Part shown: one piece after another, positions 56,169 through 63,254 of the stretch
How the letters are laid out: every line of letters starts with the position of its first letter
How positions within the stretch are numbered: the stretch's first letter is position 1
Source of the DNA: Pseudomonadota bacterium
GTDB lineage: Bacteria; Pseudomonadota; Alphaproteobacteria; Rickettsiales; RGZB01
Direction of reading: 5' to 3'
DNA length: 63,254 bases
Assembly: GCA_010031735.1 (NCBI GenBank)
Contig: RGZB01000005.1
Span: forward strand, 1-63,254
Notes under the pieces: generated by a model
The model's database searches: none
What the model was told of the DNA's origin: nothing
The model's input: the letters and a program-made list of their open reading frames with translations, nothing else
Position numbers and translations under genes: made by a program

Positions 56169-58853
56169 CTAAGCCGCTTTTTTCTTGGCAGACTTATTCT
56201 GTATCGCGGCTTGTGCAGCAGCTAAGCGTGCGATCGGCACGCGGTACGGCGAGCAGCTCACGTAGTTGAGGCCCGTACGGTGACAGAAGTGGATCGTCGC
56301 CGGATTACCGCCATGTTCGCCGCAGATACCGAGTTTGATATCCTTGCGCGTTTTACGGCCGCGTTCCGTCGCGATCGCGACCAGTTCACCGACACCGTCT
56401 TCGTCGATGGCGACAAACGGATCTTTCTCGAAGATACCTTTCTCGACATAGGTGCCGAGGAACGATGCTGCATCATCGCGCGAAATGCCGAGCGTGGTTT
56501 GCGTAAGATCGTTCGTGCCGAAGCTGAAGAACTCTGCTTCTTCCGCGATCTCGCCCGCGCGGAGCGCCGCACGCGGCAGTTCGATCATGGTGCCCACCAA
56601 GTAATCCAGTTTCACCTTCTCGCGTTTCGAGACTTCGTCCGCGATACGGACGATCATCGCCTTCAAGGTTTTCAGTTCCTTGATATGCATGACGAGCGGG
56701 ATCATCACTTCGATCACGGCCGTGTTCGGTTTTTCCTTATTCACTTTCGCCGCGGCTTCGAAAATCGCTTGCGCTTGCATCTCGTAGATTTCCGGGAAGC
56801 TGATGCCGAGTCGGCAACCGCGGTGGCCGAGCATCGGGTTCATCTCGTGCAGTTCTTGTGCGCGGTGTTTCACCGTTTCGATATCGACACCGGCTGCTTT
56901 CGCGACATCCGCGATATCCTGCGCCGTATGCGGCAGGAATTCGTGGAGCGGTGGATCCAAGAGGCGGATCGTGACCGGCAGCCCGTGCATGATCTTGAAT
57001 ATCTCTTCGAAGTCTTTGCGTTGGAACGGCAGCAGTTTATTGATCGCTTTTTTGCGGCCTTCCACATCTTTAGAAACGATCATCTCGCGTACTGCGATGA
57101 TGCGTTCTGCGTCGAAGAACATGTGTTCGGTACGGCATAAGCCGATACCTTCGGCGCCGAATTTGCGCGCGGTCGCGGCATCAAGCGGCGTTTCCGCGTT
57201 GGTGCGGATCTTCAGTGTACGCGTATCATCCGCCCATTTCATCACCTGTTCGAAATTGCCGGTGAGCGCGGGTTGTACGGTCGGCACCAGGCCCAGCATC
57301 ACTTCGCCGGTCGAACCGTTGATGGTGAGCGTGTCGCCTTGTTTCAGTTCCAGTTTGCCGATCTTGAGCGTCTTTTTGTCGTACGAGATCTGGAGATCAC
57401 CCGCACCCGATACGCATGGTTTACCCATGCCGCGTGCAACGACAGCTGCGTGGGAGGTCATGCCGCCGCGCGCAGTTAAAATACCTTGCGCTGCATGCAT
57501 GCCGTGGATGTCTTCCGGTGAGGTCTCGATACGCACCAGAATCACTTTTTCTTTTTTCTGCGCTTTCGCTTCCGCTTCTTCCGCCGAGAACACGATGGTG
57601 CCGGAAGCCGCACCCGGAGAGGCAGGAAGACCTTTCGCGACCACTTCTTTTTTCGCTTTCGGATCGAGTGTCGGGTGGAGAAGCTGATCGAGCGACGCCG
57701 GATCGATGCGCATCAGCGCCTCATCCTTCGTGATCAGTTTTTCTTCGACCATCTCTGCTGCGATACGGAGTGCGGCTGCCGCCGTACGTTTACCGTTACG
57801 CGTTTGTAACATCCAGAGTTTGTTGCTTTGCACGGTGAACTCGATGTCCTGCATGTCCTTGTAGTGACCTTCGAGTTTTTTATAGATATCCACCAGCTGC
57901 TGGTACACCGCGGGCATGACCTCTTCCATCGAGGGCAGCTTCGAGCCGCCGCGTTCGCGTGCCGCTTTAGTGATGGATTGCGGCGTGCGGATGCCTGCCA
58001 CCACGTCTTCACCCTGTGCGTTCACCAGGTATTCACCGTAGAAGATTTTCTCGCCTGTCGAAGGGTCACGCGTGAAGGCAACGCCGGTGGCGCAATCATC
58101 ACCCATGTTGCCGAACACCATCGATTGTACGTTCACCGCCGTACCCCATTCTTCCGGGATATCGTACATCTTGCGGTAGGTGATCGCGCGGTGGTTCATC
58201 CACGATTTGAACACGGCACCCACAGCACCCCACAATTGGTCTTTCACATTCTGTGGGAACGGTTTGCCGGTTTCTTCCTGCACTTTTTCTTTATAGGAAT
58301 CCGAGAGTTCTTTTAAGTCGTCAGCGGTCAGTTCGGTATCGAGCTCGATACCGCGATCCTGTTTCTTCAGTTCCATCAGCTCTTCGAAATGGTAGTGATC
58401 GACATCGAGCACCACATCGGAATACATCTGGATGAAACGACGGTATGAATCATATGCGAAACGCGCGTTTCCGCTTTTCTTCGCCAGTCCCTTTACGGTC
58501 TCATCGTTGAGGCCAAGGTTCAGGATCGTGTCCATCATGCCCGGCATCGATGCACGCGCACCGGAGCGGACAGAGACAAGGAGTGGATTCGATGGGTCGC
58601 CGAAACGTGCGCCGATGGTTTTCTCGATCGCGGCGATCGCGTCGTTCACCTGTTTCTCGAGCTCTTTCGGATACTGTTTTTCGTTCTGGTAGAAATAGGT
58701 GCAAACGTCAGTCGTGATCGTAAGGCCCGGAGGAACCGGAAGTCCGAGCGCGCACATTTCCGCAAGGTTAGCGCCTTTGCCACCGAGCAGGTTCTTCATG
58801 TCGGCTTTGCCTTCTGCTTTGCCGTCACCGAAACTATATACCCATTTAGTCAT
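56169..58853 (-). CDS. ppdK: pyruvate, phosphate dikinase
   Basis: [57 protein letters not shown]. Confidence 0.98.
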   Translation of the reverse strand: MTKWVYSFGDGKAEGKADMKNLLGGKGANLAEMCALGLPVPPGLTITTDVCTYFYQNEKQYPKELEKQVNDAIAAIEKTIGARFGDPSNPLLVSVRSGARASMPGMMDTILNLGLNDETVKGLAKKSGNARFAYDSYRRFIQMYSDVVLDVDHYHFEELMELKKQDRGIELDTELTADDLKELSDSYKEKVQEETGKPFPQNVKDQLWGAVGAVFKSWMNHRAITYRKMYDIPEEWGTAVNVQSMVFGNMGDDCATGVAFTRDPSTGEKIFYGEYLVNAQGEDVVAGIRTPQSITKAARERGGSKLPSMEEVMPAVYQQLVDIYKKLEGHYKDMQDIEFTVQSNKLWMLQTRNGKRTAAAALRIAAEMVEEKLITKDEALMRIDPASLDQLLHPTLDPKAKKEVVAKGLPASPGAASGTIVFSAEEAEAKAQKKEKVILVRIETSPEDIHGMHAAQGILTARGGMTSHAAVVARGMGKPCVSGAGDLQISYDKKTLKIGKLELKQGDTLTINGSTGEVMLGLVPTVQPALTGNFEQVMKWADDTRTLKIRTNAETPLDAATARKFGAEGIGLCRTEHMFFDAERIIAVREMIVSKDVEGRKKAINKLLPFQRKDFEEIFKIMHGLPVTIRLLDPPLHEFLPHTAQDIADVAKAAGVDIETVKHRAQELHEMNPMLGHRGCRLGISFPEIYEMQAQAIFEAAAKVNKEKPNTAVIEVMIPLVMHIKELKTLKAMIVRIADEVSKREKVKLDYLVGTMIELPRAALRAGEIAEEAEFFSFGTNDLTQTTLGISRDDAASFLGTYVEKGIFEKDPFVAIDEDGVGELVAIATERGRKTRKDIKLGICGEHGGNPATIHFCHRTGLNYVSCSPYRVPIARLAAAQAAIQNKSAKKKAA

Positions 58854-59003
58854 ATTATCCCTCGCACGTTTATGGGGGTACATCCGCCCCTCTAAAAGTT
58901 GCGCGCAACATAGCCAGAAGCCTTGTCAAAAGCAAGCGAAAACGGGTGATTTCAAGGGAGGGGGCAGAAAGTGGGGGTGGGCCTAAAAAACCCCCTTAAA
59001 CGC

Positions 59004-59047
59004 CGACGGGGGAGGTCCGAGCCACTTGGCCCGGGCCTCCCCCGTCG
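59004..59047 (-). terminator. long GC-rich hairpin downstream of the high-GC ORF
   Basis: CGACGGGGGAGG...CCTCCCCCGTCG, about 20-bp imperfect stem. Confidence 0.65.
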
Positions 59048-59063
59048 TTCGTTCACATCCCTA

Positions 59064-59513
59064 TCACTTCGACCGCATGATTACCGTCACCACGGCCACC
59101 ACCGCCACCGCCACCAAACCCAGTGCCATCACCGCCTGGAGCCACTTCGGCAGCCACTGCTCGTTCGGGTCATCCAGCGCGCGCGCCGTCCGATCTTCGT
59201 CGTCCGGATACTCCTGCAGTTGCTCCAGCCGGATGTTGCCCGTCACGTCCGCCTCCGCGAAGATGTCGTCCACCGGTGCCGGGTCGATTGTCAGTTCGAA
59301 CCGGCCGGCGCGGGTCGCATCGAACGGGCCCGGCTCGAGCGGGATCACTTCCGTCACGATTGGGGGCAAGGCCGGCAGAATCAGTTGGCCATCGAGCCGC
59401 GTGAGCGTGTAGTCGTGGCTGCTCAGCAGGTCTGTCGCGCCGTACCCCGGTTGACCGTCCTTGTTGGTCACCTCGAACACGAAACCATCGATCACGAGAT
59501 GCACCGCACGCAT
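59064..59513 (-). CDS. high-GC hypothetical tail-anchored protein, 149 aa
   Basis: GAGGA RBS; acidic soluble part and single C-terminal TM followed by RSK; own hairpin. Confidence 0.6.
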   Translation of the reverse strand: MRAVHLVIDGFVFEVTNKDGQPGYGATDLLSSHDYTLTRLDGQLILPALPPIVTEVIPLEPGPFDATRAGRFELTIDPAPVDDIFAEADVTGNIRLEQLQEYPDDEDRTARALDDPNEQWLPKWLQAVMALGLVAVAVVAVVTVIMRSK

Positions 59514-59744
59514 AACCAGTCCTCGGAGTGTGGGGATGTCACCGGAAGCTTATGGCATTAGCTCCGGTACCTATCTAATGCCCGTCCTATGAAAGCGACG
59601 TGCAGAAGACCAAAGCAAAATCGAACTTGGGTCAAAGAATCAGCTTATAGTGTAGCAACGGAATATGACGGTTGTGTTACTGGAATAGCCATGTTTATCA
59701 ATGCAATAGCAAATGCTGGCCAAGGGGTGAATCGCGTTAAGCCA

Positions 59745-59776
59745 TTAACATTCTGTTAATTCTTTACGGTTATACT
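59745..59776 (+). promoter_or_regulatory. CtrA-type promoter of the orphan pair
   Basis: TTAA cattctg TTAA + 11 nt + TATACT; extra TTAA at 59737 and GANTC at 59729. Confidence 0.78.
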
Positions 59777-59859
59777 GATAACAGTTTGGCCATCGGTTTT
59801 TGTGGCTGGAGTCCGGTTTGGAATAAAATATTCATATATAACAAAGTATTGGATCTCAT

Positions 59860-60765
59860 ATGAGTAGCGGCAGCAGTTCGTTTATCACACCCCCCCACCA
59901 GCAGGGGAAGGCAATCGCGGCACTGGCCGAGAAGCTTCTCCTGATGCATCCGGAGCCACCCAAGAAAGCGGAAGCACCCGAGGGGGGCGTCAAAACCGAT
60001 TACCTGGGTGTACGCCGTGATCCGGAAGAAACGGTGAGCTTACGAAAAGGCACGACGCCGAAAGATAAAGAGCATGATGTGCCGGTGGCGGGTGGGCCGA
60101 AAGCGGTGATTCACCCTACAGGCAAGGCAAAAATGCAGACACCACCGCCGAAGCCGGAAGCCTTCATCAATGCCGATCCCGTACTGAGGGCGATAGTGGA
60201 TGATATACGGTATGCTGCGACGGATATCAGCCGGAGGCAAGCCGACCAATTTGATATCCATCTCGTGGCGCAACTATTCTCCGCGGTGGTGGATTACGCG
60301 CGCACCACACACCACTCCAATCCTGCCTTCAGGGATGAACTCATCGGCCTTATGTGCGATGTGTTTTCGAGCAATCTTTATACCGCGCATGTAGAGCCTG
60401 CCGGTGTGGATATCGAACGGTTCTACCGTAGGAATGAAAAAGCCGGTCCGTTGCTCGATCTCATTGCGGATATGTTCTTGGAACGCTATCTGCCCGCAGA
60501 TGCAGAGGAGGCGGTTCCGTATATCCCGTTAGACCCGTTCGCCGTATGTGTGTGCCAAGTGCTTCGCGACGGGGTCAAAGATGCGGGCGAGGTGGGTGGT
60601 ACGGTCCATCCGGCAGTGGAGACCATGGTGCTCGATTTCGCCCGGAGTTTCCGCGGCAGTTCGCACGCTTTTGCCGCACATCAGTTGCTCGGCATCCGAA
60701 ATATGCTCGAAACCGAAGGGCTTCTGCAATCGAGGACAGGGGGCGGGCGGTCACGCGAATTATAA
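59860..60765 (+). CDS. orphan helical protein A, 301 aa
   Basis: Disordered-looking N-terminus, helical remainder; similar to downstream ORF. Confidence 0.7.
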   Translation: MSSGSSSFITPPHQQGKAIAALAEKLLLMHPEPPKKAEAPEGGVKTDYLGVRRDPEETVSLRKGTTPKDKEHDVPVAGGPKAVIHPTGKAKMQTPPPKPEAFINADPVLRAIVDDIRYAATDISRRQADQFDIHLVAQLFSAVVDYARTTHHSNPAFRDELIGLMCDVFSSNLYTAHVEPAGVDIERFYRRNEKAGPLLDLIADMFLERYLPADAEEAVPYIPLDPFAVCVCQVLRDGVKDAGEVGGTVHPAVETMVLDFARSFRGSSHAFAAHQLLGIRNMLETEGLLQSRTGGGRSREL

Positions 60766-61571
60766 TGAAGGAACACGCAACGAAATCCTGGGTCGTCGAT
60801 CCGCTCAATGAAGTGGTCTATCACCTTTACGGCGAATCGGAGCATCAGCCGACGCGCCTGCGCCATCTGATGACGCGTGAGCCGGAAATCTCTCAACCGC
60901 TTATCATTCTGGGGCAGTCGCTGCTGAAGATCGGTGAGGAAGGTGGCGTGCTGGATTCGCGTCAACTGCTGTTGCTCTTTAACGCCGTGCTCGATGTGTA
61001 TCACCAGACAGGCTCTGATCAGTCTCAGCTACTGGCGAAGTTATTTGTGGATATCGTGACGAACGGCGAGCATGATCTCGTGGTGCCGAACAAACATATC
61101 ATGGCGCACACCGCATCACGCAAAGCGGCCGATGACGCGAGATACCTTATCGACGTGGCGCTTCTTACCACACGTAATAATGCTGCAGTATGCAGCAGTA
61201 TGCTTAGCGGCAACAGCGAATCGGTACATGCTGTTCTAGATATCGAGAAAGAAAAGCGCGGTATTCTTGAGGAGATGCGGAAACATGCACAAACGCCAGA
61301 GGGTCGGAGCGAATTGTTGATACCGTATGATGAACGTCGCTGGGCCATGACGATGATGCTCAATAACAGCCTGAACCGTATCAGTGAACATGGGGGCGTT
61401 TTGAATGAAACGGTCTTCCAGATAATGGCGGCTTATTCGACGCGCCTTCGATCAAGCGGCCATGAGGATGGCTCGCGGCAGATGGATTTAGTGTATAGGG
61501 AGTTGGTGCGCCAAGACCTCATCATCACGCCCTCCGTCAGTTCGCACGGCCGCGTGTATCCGCGCACCTAA
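60765..61571 (+). CDS. orphan helical protein B, 268 aa
   Basis: TAATG coupling to protein A (start MKEHAT); internal repeat. Confidence 0.7.
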   Translation: MKEHATKSWVVDPLNEVVYHLYGESEHQPTRLRHLMTREPEISQPLIILGQSLLKIGEEGGVLDSRQLLLLFNAVLDVYHQTGSDQSQLLAKLFVDIVTNGEHDLVVPNKHIMAHTASRKAADDARYLIDVALLTTRNNAAVCSSMLSGNSESVHAVLDIEKEKRGILEEMRKHAQTPEGRSELLIPYDERRWAMTMMLNNSLNRISEHGGVLNETVFQIMAAYSTRLRSSGHEDGSRQMDLVYRELVRQDLIITPSVSSHGRVYPRT

Positions 61572-61574
61572 CCC

Positions 61575-63254
61575 TTAGCCTTCGATTTTGGAGAAGTCAG
61601 CGATCTCGTCCACGAGCTCGCGAATCTGTGCAAGCAGCATCAGGCGGTTACGGCGGAGGTCCGGACGTTCTGCATTCACCGTCACGCGTTCGAAGAAACT
61701 ATCGATCGGCTTACGGAGCGACGCCAAAAGCGCCATCGCCGATTCGAATTTTTCTTCCTTAAGTGCTTTCTTGATATCCGATTTGACTTCATGCAGTGCA
61801 TCGAACAATGCTTTTTCGGCTTCTTCTTCCAGCAACGTTTTGGAAGGCACGCCCTTGTAGGTCGATTTGTCTTTCTTCTCTTCGATCGAGACGATGTTCA
61901 CCGCGCGGCGATAACCCGCAAGCAGGTTCGCACCATCGTCACTCCCGAGGAAACGGTCGAGGGAGGCCACGCGGCGCGTCAAGCGCAGCAGATCATCCTC
62001 GTTACCCGCACCGAACACGGCGGAGATGAGGTCGTGGCGCACGCCTTTACCTTTGAGTAACGCCTTCAAACGGTCGATGAAGAATTCGAGGAGTTCGCCC
62101 GTCACCGCATGTTCATCGACCCGCGAGGTAAGCGGGGAGACGATTTTCTTCAGTAAGCCACCACCACCGGATTCTTCTTTGTCAGATGATGCAAGTTTAT
62201 CCGTATCATGGCGAGAGAGGGCGTTCTCGAACGCGAGTTTGAGCGGAACGGAAAGGCCGTTCTCCAAGATGATGCGGATGACACCGAGTGCCGCACGGCG
62301 CAGTGCGAACGGGTCTTTCGAGCCGGTCGGTTTCTCGCCGGCTGCGAACATGCCGGTCAAGGTATCGAGTTTATCCGCGAGTGCAACGGCGATCGAGAGC
62401 GGTTGGCTCGGCACGGAATCATCGGGACCGAGTGGAGAATAATGGTCGCGGATCGCGAGCGCTACCGCTTCGTCTTCGCCTTGTTCTTTTGCGTAATAGT
62501 AACCCATGATGCCTTGCAGTTCCGGGAACTCGCCCACCATGCCGGTAGCGAGATCCGATTTGCAGAGTTCGGCGGCGCGTTCGGTCTGTGTCAGGTTCGC
62601 ATGCGGTATCCACACGCACAAGAACTGCGCGAGATGTTCGATACGCACGACTTTTTCGGCGACGGTGCCGAGTTTCGCATGGAATACGATGCGCTTTAAA
62701 TCATCGAAGCGGTCTTCGAGTTTGCGTTTCTTATCCTGTTCCCAGAAGAAAATGCCATCCGAGAGACGGGCGCGGAGTACGCGTTGGTTGCCTTCGACGA
62801 TCGCGGCACCTTTATCGTCGGTCAGCATGTTGGAGATGACGATGAAAAAGGGTGCGAGTTCGCCGCTGGCGCGATTGGCGCAGAAATATTTCTGGTGTGA
62901 ACGGATGGAAGTCACCAGCACTTCCGGCGGCAAGTGCAGGAATTTCGGATCGATGCTGCCGACCAAGGCCTCCGGCCATTCGACCAGACCGGCGACCTCT
63001 TCCAGCAGGCCATCGTCACGCCGCACATGCACATTATACGATTCGGCGAGTTTGGTCGCTTTCTCGACGATGAGATTCTTGCGGCCTTCTGTCTCGAGTA
63101 CGACAAAACGCTTCTTCAGTTCGTCTTTGTATTGTTTGAAATCAACGATCTTGAAGGGATCGGGTGCAAGGAAGCGATGGCCAAACGAGGTATCGTTCGA
63201 TACCAGGTGGCCAAATTTGAATTTGAGTACCTCACCCGCGAACACGCAGGAAAT
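61575..63254 (-). CDS. glyS: glycine-tRNA ligase beta subunit (5' end outside window)
   Basis: EEVAGLVEWP, HQKYF, RARLSDG.FF, GEFPELQG, PTGSKDPFALRRAA, RRNRL, ADFSKI. Confidence 0.97.
   Translation of the reverse strand: MSCVFAGEVLKFKFGHLVSNDTSFGHRFLAPDPFKIVDFKQYKDELKKRFVVLETEGRKNLIVEKATKLAESYNVHVRRDDGLLEEVAGLVEWPEALVGSIDPKFLHLPPEVLVTSIRSHQKYFCANRASGELAPFFIVISNMLTDDKGAAIVEGNQRVLRARLSDGIFFWEQDKKRKLEDRFDDLKRIVFHAKLGTVAEKVVRIEHLAQFLCVWIPHANLTQTERAAELCKSDLATGMVGEFPELQGIMGYYYAKEQGEDEAVALAIRDHYSPLGPDDSVPSQPLSIAVALADKLDTLTGMFAAGEKPTGSKDPFALRRAALGVIRIILENGLSVPLKLAFENALSRHDTDKLASSDKEESGGGGLLKKIVSPLTSRVDEHAVTGELLEFFIDRLKALLKGKGVRHDLISAVFGAGNEDDLLRLTRRVASLDRFLGSDDGANLLAGYRRAVNIVSIEEKKDKSTYKGVPSKTLLEEEAEKALFDALHEVKSDIKKALKEEKFESAMALLASLRKPIDSFFERVTVNAERPDLRRNRLMLLAQIRELVDEIADFSKIEG

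Noticed and set aside
59089-59120. CCACCG-type tandem repeats
   Set aside because: Explained by Val/Ala codons of the TM helix on the minus strand
60546-60764. Upstream start of the 341-aa ORF
   Set aside because: Overlaps protein A; TAATG coupling supports a start at 60765
1-63254. CRISPR array, rRNA, tRNA, IS or prophage genes
   Set aside because: No spaced direct repeats, structural RNA signatures, transposase or phage hallmark ORFs were seen by eye

Overview
Chromosomal window from an alphaproteobacterium of roughly mid-50s % GC (estimated by eye). It combines Rickettsiales-type (rvh-like) VirB2/VirB4-II/VirB6 genes with intact biosynthetic genes (proBA, purD, dapF, gmhA), which suggests a basal, possibly free-living Rickettsiales-like lineage (inference). 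Most of the window is housekeeping: mtaB, dapF, proBA, bdhA, uvrD, rpe, amiC-mrcA-prfB (with the programmed +1 frameshift), mltG-fabF-acpP-fabG-fabD, purD, xseA, lipid A genes, ppdK and a partial glyS. The main signal the ORF list does not explain is regulatory. Six perfect CtrA-type boxes (TTAA-N7-TTAA) lie in intergenic DNA, and several promoters share the architecture box + 11 nt + -10 hexamer. They precede a 49-aa small ORF, a 798-aa YfiH/PgeF-domain protein lacking its catalytic residues, a DUF2336 pair, the virB2-virB2-virB4-virB6(-comEC) cluster and a pair of paralogous orphans. Three of these proteins end in similar Gly-Arg tails, suggesting a cell-cycle-gated T4SS with dispersed, undescribed effectors. 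A perfect sigma-54 promoter precedes a StaR-like XRE regulator, and a TacA-like activator is in the same window. No rRNA, tRNA, CRISPR array or transposase was seen. All family calls are from motif recognition, not database searches.
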